From IMG/VR virus record IMGVR_UViG_3300032304_001067, positions 1 to 26,662 of that record: a DNA stretch of 26,662 nt; one strand, written 5' to 3'. Shown here one piece after another: positions 7,809 through 15,607 of the stretch (within the stretch, counting starts at the first letter, position 1; each line of letters starts with the position of its first letter). Both the position numbers and the translations under genes were made by a program. The notes below the pieces were generated by a model that saw only the letters and a program-made list of their open reading frames with translations, searched no databases and was not told the DNA's origin. The stretch comes from a virus (Duplodnaviria > Caudoviricetes).

Positions 7809-7942
7809 TATTTTTTACCTTTCGACTTCTTAAGTTTAGCAGGAAGCTTCTTTCCTTCAGGGGTGTGCTCCTGCCATTGCTTAGCCATCTGAGGGTGGTT
7901 GGCATACATCCAACCCTTCTGGGCCTCAGATTTAAATGGCAT
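7808..7942 (-). CDS. Microprotein E, MPFKSxAQ-type basic phage protein (44 aa)
   Basis: Manual translation [44 protein letters not shown]; TAATG overlaps at both ends. Confidence 0.85.
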   Translation of the reverse strand: MPFKSEAQKGWMYANHPQMAKQWQEHTPEGKKLPAKLKKSKGKK

Positions 7943-8580
7943 TAAACTAGGTAACTTCCGTATAGGTCAAACTTTGATGAGGTTGCCATGTTTGCTGGAC
8001 TATTGTGGTCAAAAGAGGTGGCTTGTGCTGGGTTACCTGACCAATACCATAGCGTCATGTCTGTTGAACCAGCAGCTGCAATACCTACTAGGTTATAGCG
8101 GTTAGAACCAATAGTTAAAGTTCCACGGATTAAAGGTGCATTAAGAGGTGCAACTGGAAGAGTCATTGAGTATTGACCTGTTCCAAAGTTAGTTACGGTG
8201 CTACACACAGCAGAGATGCTTAGTTGAACTTGGTCACCAGTCTGTTGGTAATATGCGGTAACTGGACTTCCAGTAAATGTAAGACCTGTTCCAGACCATA
8301 CTGCGTTGTAAGCTTGCTTTGCTGGAGCTGGTCCTGTTGCACCCGTGGCTCCCGTTGCACCTGTTGGTCCAGCTACTGTGCTTGCTGCACCTTGAGGGCC
8401 TGTCGCACCAGTTGCACCTGTTGCACCTGTTGCACCTGCTGGTCCTGTTGGACCAGGTACTGTGCTTGCGGCACCAGTTGCACCAGTAGGTCCTGTTGGA
8501 CCAGTGGCTCCAGTATTTCCTACACCACCTGGTGCACCTTGAGGGCCTACGCCCCCAGAGTTGGAGTAATGAATATCCAT
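7942..8580 (-). CDS. Short collagen-like fibre protein with C-terminal beta-sandwich head
   Basis: Gly-X-Y (GPT/GAT) run over about the first 85 aa, then a beta-rich domain ([12 protein letters not shown]...[13 protein letters not shown]). Confidence 0.8.
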   Translation of the reverse strand: MDIHYSNSGGVGPQGAPGGVGNTGATGPTGPTGATGAASTVPGPTGPAGATGATGATGATGPQGAASTVAGPTGATGATGATGPAPAKQAYNAVWSGTGLTFTGSPVTAYYQQTGDQVQLSISAVCSTVTNFGTGQYSMTLPVAPLNAPLIRGTLTIGSNRYNLVGIAAAGSTDMTLWYWSGNPAQATSFDHNSPANMATSSKFDLYGSYLV

Positions 8581-8855
8581 TATCGTATTACTCTCAAAAT
8601 TGCTACATAAGCTGAAGCATCTGTGTGCAAAACATAAAGCTCATCTTTAGCTGCAAGGTTAGCTACAGTTACCGCGCCACCAGCTACAATGCTCATACCA
8701 TAAGATGTAGAGGTAACCCCAGCACCGCCTAGGTAGGCAACGCCTGTACCAAGGTTTTGAACTGAGATAGTAATTGAAGTGGCTGTATCAGTTAGGTCTG
8801 TTACAGCAACAGGGGTTGTGTTATTAACTGCAATACGTGCGTGTGATATTGCCAT
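8580..8855 (-). CDS. Small beta-rich virion-associated protein
   Basis: 91 aa; ISVQNLG..VAYLGG.GVT...YG pattern; SD AGGAG; TAATG-coupled downstream. Confidence 0.7.
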   Translation of the reverse strand: MAISHARIAVNNTTPVAVTDLTDTATSITISVQNLGTGVAYLGGAGVTSTSYGMSIVAGGAVTVANLAAKDELYVLHTDASAYVAILRVIR

Positions 8856-8863
8856 AGCTTCTC

Positions 8864-9394
8864 CTACTTAATATACCCAGCGAGTGCCAGGAACTGTGGG
8901 TCATTGACCATTTCGTCGGCCATTACCTGCATACATTCTACAACCAAGAGGGTGAATCTTTCAGCAACAATGCCTGCCTGTTGGATGTAATAAGGGCGGT
9001 ATACCTGGCCCTTCCATAGGATACGACCACGAGCTTGAAGGTCTGGGTTACCAACAACTCCTGGTGCAATTTTCTCTACATCCTCAGCATTAAGGGTTAG
9101 GTGCAGTGAGTCTGCTCCGTAGTAACCGCGCTGACTATTCTTTACAGCGCCTTGTTTAATTACGGCTCTGACAATTGGCAACTCAAATGGGCCTCGCCAG
9201 ATACGACCACCAGTAGCAGTAGACAAGTCTTGTCCTACATCATAGATAGGGTCAAGTACAGTGGCTTCAGGGTCCCAGATAAACCATTGAGCGGTAGTTC
9301 CTACAGGCCTCTTAAGGTCTGCGTCTACGCCTTCTAGTACCTTGTCGGTTTCAAAGTCTGCATCAAAGCGACCGCCTGGTGCGTGAGCTCTCAA
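8864..9394 (-). CDS. Putative head-closure/neck protein
   Basis: 176 aa, TTG start overlapping the upstream TGA; DPIYDVG and RILWKGQVYRP beta-barrel-like pattern; function from position and pattern. Confidence 0.55.
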   Translation of the reverse strand: MRAHAPGGRFDADFETDKVLEGVDADLKRPVGTTAQWFIWDPEATVLDPIYDVGQDLSTATGGRIWRGPFELPIVRAVIKQGAVKNSQRGYYGADSLHLTLNAEDVEKIAPGVVGNPDLQARGRILWKGQVYRPYYIQQAGIVAERFTLLVVECMQVMADEMVNDPQFLALAGYIK

Positions 9395-10452
9395 TCTTCT
9401 ACCGCCTTCTTGTAGAGTTCAAGGTTACCGAGTATTCGCTCATCTGTAGGGCTCAACTCTGCGGCGATGGTGCCGTATTCAAGGGCCATCTTCTTTTCAC
9501 CTAACCAGAACGCACATACAGCAGCTAGGTCATACGGAGTAGCACCCCAGGCAAATGCCTCATTTAAATAGTCCATACTTTTGTTTTTAATATTAACTGC
9601 CTTCTTAGCCCACATATAGCACTCTTCAATACGGCCGTGGTCATAGTGATACTGTGCCAGCTCTACGTAAGCCTCACGTTTAGTAGGTTCTTCTTGAACA
9701 GCAAGTTTCCACCATTTAAGCTTCTCAGCTTCATCTGTAGAACACTTAGCTATGTAACGCATGGAAGAGGACCGCTCTGCTTTCCACAGTGCTTTAGGTA
9801 GGGCTAGGTGTCTTTCAAACTGCACCTTTGCTTCCTCTAACTGGCCGTGAAAGAATAACTCACGTGCGTAGTAGTAGGCGTTACGGTCGTTGTGCGGGTC
9901 TTCTTCTATAGATAACTTAAGCAGAGGAAGGTATTGACCACGAGACTTGGTGTCATCCGCCTTGTGCCATAGACCCAGTTGACTCCAGTATTCTTTCTCA
10001 ACTAGTCGGTCTGTGTATAGGCATTCGTGAACAGGGTGTTGCCATCGGTATCCGTGACGTGCGTGAATCTTATCTCCAGCAAACGTTAATCCTGGTGAAC
10101 CATCTGGGTTAAAGTTCCAAGTGTAGTTGTAGCGTATACGGGTAGAACCTGCAGGTATCTTTTCCATCTCATCTCGCCAGCCTGGTTCGAGTACCTCATC
10201 CATATCTAAAGAGATGCAGTAGTCAATATCATCGGGCAGTAGGGCAAGGGCTGCGTTACGAGCGTCATCAAATCTCCATGGACGTACGCTTATTGAGTGG
10301 ACAGTGATTCCTAGTTCTCTGGCTTTTTCCACAGTACCGTCTGCCGAACCTGTGTCAGCAATCATTAGGTAGTCTGCTTCTTTTGCAGACTCGTACCAAC
10401 GTTCTACAAACTGTGCTTCATTTAATGCGATGGTGTATACGGCTATTTTCAT
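9391..10452 (-). CDS. Glycosyltransferase family 2 with C-terminal TPR repeats
   Basis: GT-A motifs IALNE, DTGSADGT, FDDARNAAL, SLDMDE (DxD), W..PVHE; TPR-like helices (DPHNDRNAYYYAREL, EPTKREAYVELA, SPTDERILGNL). Confidence 0.93.
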   Translation of the reverse strand: MKIAVYTIALNEAQFVERWYESAKEADYLMIADTGSADGTVEKARELGITVHSISVRPWRFDDARNAALALLPDDIDYCISLDMDEVLEPGWRDEMEKIPAGSTRIRYNYTWNFNPDGSPGLTFAGDKIHARHGYRWQHPVHECLYTDRLVEKEYWSQLGLWHKADDTKSRGQYLPLLKLSIEEDPHNDRNAYYYARELFFHGQLEEAKVQFERHLALPKALWKAERSSSMRYIAKCSTDEAEKLKWWKLAVQEEPTKREAYVELAQYHYDHGRIEECYMWAKKAVNIKNKSMDYLNEAFAWGATPYDLAAVCAFWLGEKKMALEYGTIAAELSPTDERILGNLELYKKAVED

Positions 10453-10464
10453 ATATGAATTGTA
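10453..10464 (-). promoter_or_regulatory. Candidate leaderless promoter (-10 TACAAT 6 nt before ATG) for the glycosyltransferase
   Basis: Minus strand ...aaggaTACAATtcatatATG, immediately after a terminator. Confidence 0.5.
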
Positions 10465-10470
10465 TCCTTA

Positions 10471-10509
10471 AATAGAAAAGCCCCGCCAGTCCCAGGAGGA
10501 TGGCGGGGC
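10471..10509 (-). terminator. Rho-independent terminator ending the fibre block
   Basis: Minus strand GCCCCGCCA-12 nt loop-TGGCGGGGC followed by TTTTCTATT. Confidence 0.8.
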
Positions 10510-10526
10510 GATATTTCTAATCTATA

Positions 10527-10910
10527 TTAGAGGAGGTTTGCAAACTCAAGGGTTCCGTAAACAGTTACTCCACCGTCTGGTGAGTAGAAGCTTAGAACTG
10601 ATGCGTTTGTACCAGATGCAAGAGTTGGAGCAGAGCCGCCATCCCATGTAACGCCGTTAAATGCAACTGCGTTAGCACCACGGTTACGAACCTCAACCTG
10701 CCAGCGAGTACCGTAACCAGAAGGCACGCCTGTCCAGTTTACTGTTACTGCGCCAACCAAGTTAGTGATTCGGATGAATGAACCGTTAGTTGGGTTGATA
10801 GCTAGTGTACCTGTTGCTGCCGAGAAGGTCTGAAGACGGCCTGTAACACCTACGTTAATGTAAGCATCGTTAGACTGCGCTAGAACTGTTGGCTGTGATG
10901 AAATGGCCAT
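10527..10910 (-). CDS. Small fibre-tip-like beta-sandwich protein
   Basis: 127 aa; VTWDGGSAPTL...VLSFYSPDGG..VYG pattern typical of phage fibre C-terminal domains. Confidence 0.65.
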   Translation of the reverse strand: MAISSQPTVLAQSNDAYINVGVTGRLQTFSAATGTLAINPTNGSFIRITNLVGAVTVNWTGVPSGYGTRWQVEVRNRGANAVAFNGVTWDGGSAPTLASGTNASVLSFYSPDGGVTVYGTLEFANLL

Positions 10911-10912
10911 GG

Positions 10913-11185
10913 TTACTTGCCTTTCTTTGAAGGTTCTTCTTCTTCTTCAGCAGGTGCTTCGAGTACTTCAAAGCCAGAGCCGTTCCAAAGTTCTTTTGCT
11001 GCTTCTGGAGTGCTTGGTGGGAACCACACGCCATTAGCGCGTGTCCAACCACGTGATGGTTCTGGCTCTAGGCCATCAACCTGCACGACTTCAAAAATAA
11101 GTGCAAGAGGTCCAAGGGAATCAATATCCTCAGCAACCTGTACTTGAGTAATGATGTCGTTATCAACGAGTGCGAATTTAGCCAT
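10913..11185 (-). CDS. Putative fibre assembly/accessory protein
   Basis: 90 aa; FALVDNDIITQVQV..., GW..ANGVWFPP; follows the Gly-rich fibre gene; SD AAGGAG. Confidence 0.55.
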   Translation of the reverse strand: MAKFALVDNDIITQVQVAEDIDSLGPLALIFEVVQVDGLEPEPSRGWTRANGVWFPPSTPEAAKELWNGSGFEVLEAPAEEEEEPSKKGK

Positions 11186-11196
11186 TTTCTATCTCC

Positions 11197-14100
11197 TTAG
11201 AGTGTTGCCTTGTCGAACCAGCGAATCATAGCAAAGCCATCTGCGCCGTTTCCACCAAAGCTCTGGTATCCGTAGTACTGGCAGCCACCGAAGTCAAGGT
11301 CAACTACGTCTCCAGCATCCATGTATAGGAGCTCCCATGTTACATCGAAGAACGATGCGTTTGCTGGAGCTGCAAGTGTTTGCCAGAATCCTGATGTTGC
11401 ACCTGCTGCACCTAGGTAGGTGATGGTGTTTGTACCAGAGAACTGGATATCAAATGGAGGGCGGTCTTCACGAATAATGACGTTCTTGTCATTCTTCCAA
11501 CGAACTGTTGGACGTACGCGCTTTGGTAGACCAGTGAACTGTGACGATGTAGCACCGCCAGGAGCAGTGGTTAGACGCGCAGCCACACCAGGGAATACTA
11601 GTGGAATACGTGGAAGGATTGGGAAGGACTGCCATGAGGTTGTAATCTTTGCGTTACCAGTATCCTGGATGGTTGTACGTAGAACGTTTGAACCATAGAA
11701 ACCAGCCTGTGCTGAGATTACAGTTGATGCGTTGTAAACAGGGTTCCATTTGAAGAATTCAGATGTTAGCGCTTCGTAGTTCACAGCTGCGTTTGCAGAG
11801 TTGTGAGTAATAAGTGTGTTTGGTGTGTTAGTCCAGTTAGAACCACCACCACCGCCACCTGCTCCAGTGTTATCAATAGCATCAAGACCACGAGCGTAGT
11901 AATCAGCTGTAGTAGAGGCCTGGGTTGCCAACCATGTTGGAGCACCCTTACCGCCACCATTCTGACCAAGACCAGGTGTAGCTTGGTTAATAGAGTTGTT
12001 AGCATTCCAGCCAGCTCCACCGCCGCCACCAGCAACTGGTAGGCCTAGGTTTGAGCCAGAGTTAAGACCAGCAAGAACTTGTCCAGGACCGCCGTGACCA
12101 GCTTCACCGTGCATGTGGAAGGCGTTAGTACCAGAGTTCCATAGTGCGTATCCACCTTGGTGTCCACGTAGTGGCCAAGTCTGGATAGAACCACCTGCGG
12201 TTGTGCGGTATCCGTCAATAGAGTTACCACCAGAAACACCAGCACCGTAGATGCGTGCAGGCTGACCGTAGCCGCCCGCTCCAGCGCCACCACCAGCAAG
12301 GGTAACTGTGGTGTTAGAGTTCTGAACAGCGTGACCGCCGTTGTTACCGCCTTCTAGGCCATACTGCCAGTGTGTAGAGTTAGAGTTAAATGTACCTCCA
12401 CCTCCACCACCTTCTGCAGCAAGAGTTCCCATTGAAGAAACAATTGGAGTCATGCCTGGCTGACCAGCATAGAAGTAGTTGACGTTATCAACTTCCTTGT
12501 ATGTAGTAGCAGTTGCTGCTGGCTCTAGCTGTGGAGCAATGATATGGTGTTCAATAGCTGTACCTGTAGCAGACTGAGCGCCGTTAAGGTTCATGATACC
12601 GAACTTAGCCCAACGAGCATTTACTGGCGAAGTTGCACCGTTAACTACAAGACGTACTGGGTAAGTAACGGCTGGCATCTGCTGTGTAGCTGTTGCTGCA
12701 CCAGAGATAGGCAAGAATACGTTGTTACCTTCTGTACGAAGTACTGAGTTGAAGTCAGCATCGAAGTACTCAATGTACGCACGAGTTGGGCGGTACTGGT
12801 TAGCTGTACCTGTAGCAACTACGAACGCAGAGCCTGAGTAAGCCACGTTTGGCTGAACGCGTACAAAGCGGTGTGAAGTTTCAAGGTTTGAACCAGAGGT
12901 TGAGTTAGTCTGCATGAGCAATGACTGAGCCTCACGGTATACAGGTGGACGCCATGTCGTAGCTGTATTACCAACTTCAAGCTGGATGTTGTCAAACCAG
13001 AAGTTTACAGAGCCCTGCTGAAGAACGATTACAGGGTGAACAAACTGTGGTGTTGAACCAAACTGATATACACCGTTAGCAAGTGCAGACGCAATTGTTG
13101 GTGTTGTGAATGTTGCTGAAATACGGCGCCATCCTGTTTGACCAACTGTTACGTTTGAACCAAGAATCTGAGTACCACCAGCAAGTGCAAATGTAACAGA
13201 TGTAGTGCTCAATGGAGCATTAGTTGTCTTGTTAATGCTGATAGTAGTACCAACAACGTTGCTTACGCGGGTATCTGACTGAAGACCAGAGCCTGTTACA
13301 ACCATACCAATATAGATACCAAAGTTGTTTGCAACAGTAATTGTTGTAGCACCGTTAGCTCCATCAGCAGTTGTTGTGACGTTTCCGCCGTACCCTGCCA
13401 TAGCTGCTGGTGTTGCCTGACGTACGAAGAACCCGTTAGCCTGACCAGCATCAATTGAGTTAGTTGTACCTGAGTTAGAGCCGCCAGCAAATGCCTGGTT
13501 TGAAACAGAGTTCCATGAAGCACCAGCTGAACGAAGCTGGAATAGAACACCTGTAGCAGATAGAACGTCTGTGTTTGCAGATACGTAAGCAGACATTGTG
13601 TATGTAGCACCTGGCTGGTATGGGATACCTTGTAGGCCTGCAGAGGTCTGTGTACCGTTTGAGGTTGATGTTGAGTTCATGTTTGAGAACTGAAGCCATG
13701 TTGGAGAGCCACCAGAAGTTGAAACGCTGGTGCTAGCAATGAACGCGTTTACACCAAATGCTCCTGAGTATGAAGCGGTGATTGAGGCGTTATTTGCGGT
13801 TTGAGTAGCGGCTGCAGAGATTGTAACTGAAGTAGCACTGTCAACGCTCAAAACTACAGTTCCAGTAGCAAACATTGAACCTACAAGGTACATACCTGGA
13901 TAGATATCTACAGTAGAGTTCATAGTTACTGAAGTTGAAGCTAGGACTGTTGATACTGTGCGTGTGTATCCGCCAACCATTTCTGGAAGCTTAGTTGGTA
14001 CACCTGTGTTGGTAATTGCAAATGTAGATAGTGCAATACCGTACTGACGAATAAGGTTACCTGAGATAGTCGCTGCATCTTCCAACTGTGCAATGTTTGG

Positions 14101-14865
14101 CTGCAAAAGGTTGTTAGATAGGTTCTGGAAGTAAGGAGAACCAGCAGTATTACCTGTCTGTGGGTTAGTTGTAATGTCAGAAGCTGCAGATGAGATGTTG
14201 TTAAAGAATACGTTAGAAGGACGTACGATAGATTCACCCTGTGAGAAGCCGACAACAGAAGCAACAGTAGATGTGTTAGCTACTGATAGGTTAACTACGT
14301 TACCTGAGATACCTACGATGTTAGCGTTTGAACCAAGGTTAGTACCAGTTACACGCTGACCTACTGTAAGGCCTGCAGCGTTTGGATATACAGTAATAGA
14401 AGACTGACCTGAGATACCTGTTGCTGAACGGTAGTATGTTGCTGAATCCCATGACTGGACGCTGTAGTCAAAGTCTGAGTTAACAAGAAGGTTAGCAATT
14501 GTGATGTTACCAAAAATGGTTGCTGAACCATTACCGCCAGGAAGAGTGTTTACTACGTCAGCAGCAGCGTTAATTGCGCCCTGACCACCCTGACCACCTG
14601 CGCCAACTGTTACATTGTAGGTTGTTCCAGGAACAACTGTTAAGTTACGAACGATTACCTGACCGCCTGCGCCACCACCGCCTGCTACGTTTTGGGAACC
14701 GCCGCCGCCACCGCCGCCCGCGCCCACAAGGACGACCTGAGCACTGGTTACGCCAGCAGGAGCAGTCCAGGTACCACTGGCTGTGAAGGTGGCCTCTTGA
14801 ATAAACAAACGACCCGAATTGTCATTCGGGAAGACAATGAAGTCTTTACTTGAGGAGATTGCCAT
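11197..14865 (-). CDS. Large modular fibre/adhesin: Gly-rich domain with inserted carbohydrate-binding-like modules
   Basis: FTASGTWTAPAGVT..VVLVGAGGGGG start and GGNGADGFAMIRW end of a Gly-rich phage fibre domain; CBM4/9-like motifs NLLVNSDF, YTMSAYV, GWRRISATFT, FDNIQLEVG. Confidence 0.75.
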   Translation of the reverse strand: MAISSSKDFIVFPNDNSGRLFIQEATFTASGTWTAPAGVTSAQVVLVGAGGGGGGGSQNVAGGGGAGGQVIVRNLTVVPGTTYNVTVGAGGQGGQGAINAAADVVNTLPGGNGSATIFGNITIANLLVNSDFDYSVQSWDSATYYRSATGISGQSSITVYPNAAGLTVGQRVTGTNLGSNANIVGISGNVVNLSVANTSTVASVVGFSQGESIVRPSNVFFNNISSAASDITTNPQTGNTAGSPYFQNLSNNLLQPNIAQLEDAATISGNLIRQYGIALSTFAITNTGVPTKLPEMVGGYTRTVSTVLASTSVTMNSTVDIYPGMYLVGSMFATGTVVLSVDSATSVTISAAATQTANNASITASYSGAFGVNAFIASTSVSTSGGSPTWLQFSNMNSTSTSNGTQTSAGLQGIPYQPGATYTMSAYVSANTDVLSATGVLFQLRSAGASWNSVSNQAFAGGSNSGTTNSIDAGQANGFFVRQATPAAMAGYGGNVTTTADGANGATTITVANNFGIYIGMVVTGSGLQSDTRVSNVVGTTISINKTTNAPLSTTSVTFALAGGTQILGSNVTVGQTGWRRISATFTTPTIASALANGVYQFGSTPQFVHPVIVLQQGSVNFWFDNIQLEVGNTATTWRPPVYREAQSLLMQTNSTSGSNLETSHRFVRVQPNVAYSGSAFVVATGTANQYRPTRAYIEYFDADFNSVLRTEGNNVFLPISGAATATQQMPAVTYPVRLVVNGATSPVNARWAKFGIMNLNGAQSATGTAIEHHIIAPQLEPAATATTYKEVDNVNYFYAGQPGMTPIVSSMGTLAAEGGGGGGTFNSNSTHWQYGLEGGNNGGHAVQNSNTTVTLAGGGAGAGGYGQPARIYGAGVSGGNSIDGYRTTAGGSIQTWPLRGHQGGYALWNSGTNAFHMHGEAGHGGPGQVLAGLNSGSNLGLPVAGGGGGAGWNANNSINQATPGLGQNGGGKGAPTWLATQASTTADYYARGLDAIDNTGAGGGGGGSNWTNTPNTLITHNSANAAVNYEALTSEFFKWNPVYNASTVISAQAGFYGSNVLRTTIQDTGNAKITTSWQSFPILPRIPLVFPGVAARLTTAPGGATSSQFTGLPKRVRPTVRWKNDKNVIIREDRPPFDIQFSGTNTITYLGAAGATSGFWQTLAAPANASFFDVTWELLYMDAGDVVDLDFGGCQYYGYQSFGGNGADGFAMIRWFDKATL

Positions 14866-14889
14866 TTATATACCTGTCCTTTTCCGTTA

Positions 14890-15195
14890 TTAAGAAATCA
14901 ATACGCCTGAAATCAACACGTCTACAGCAGAACCAACGTCTGCGGTAACGGAGATTGTTTCAGCGGCGTTCAAAACTAAGCGAGCATCAAAATTTACAGT
15001 TCCATTTGCAGGAACTTGAAGTCCTGAGCAAAACGCAAAACCACCAGCTGTTACTGTTACGGTTCGGGTTGCTGCAGTCTTATTAGCAAGAATTACGTTT
15101 GTTACAATTGCAGTGTTACTTGTAGGAACCGCATACGCAGAAGCATCCGTGGTTCCAGCAGTAAGTGCTCTAAAACGTGTTACTGTTGTTGGCAT
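14890..15195 (-). CDS. Small beta-jelly-roll-like virion protein
   Basis: 101 aa; YAVP....AIVTNVILAN, VPANGT, LVLNAAETI pattern; TAATG-coupled. Confidence 0.7.
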   Translation of the reverse strand: MPTTVTRFRALTAGTTDASAYAVPTSNTAIVTNVILANKTAATRTVTVTAGGFAFCSGLQVPANGTVNFDARLVLNAAETISVTADVGSAVDVLISGVLIS

Positions 15196-15533
15196 TAGTC
15201 GAGTACTCCTATATACGCTAGTACGGTTAAGTTAGCGGCCTCTGCAGCGATTGCAGCGACCTTATTATTTCCCGCAGTGTTAACCGCAGAAACCTGTGTT
15301 GTGCCTGCGGAGTTAACAGCAGTAACCTGTGTTGTACCAGCAGTAGTGATTGCTGTTACGCGGTCAGCGGTTGCAGCAACGATGTCATTGACACCCAGTA
15401 GGGTGCCCATAGTCTCCAGAGCTTTAGCAACATAGATTAGGTCTTGAGCAGTATACGTACTAGCGTTTAGGCTAGAGGTAATTTCTGACTTAACCGCATC
15501 AATTTGCGTACTAAGCGATGTATAGTCTGGCAT
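15195..15533 (-). CDS. Small helical protein with 11-residue repeats
   Basis: 112 aa; ADRVTAITTAG/TTQVTAVNSAG/TTQVSAVNTAG/NNKVAAIAAEA. Confidence 0.7.
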   Translation of the reverse strand: MPDYTSLSTQIDAVKSEITSSLNASTYTAQDLIYVAKALETMGTLLGVNDIVAATADRVTAITTAGTTQVTAVNSAGTTQVSAVNTAGNNKVAAIAAEAANLTVLAYIGVLD

Positions 15534-15607
15534 GTGGGTTTACCTACCTTCCGAGGTCATTAAAAGTATATCGTTTTTAAAAATATGGGCATAGTAAACA
15601 GGAGACA

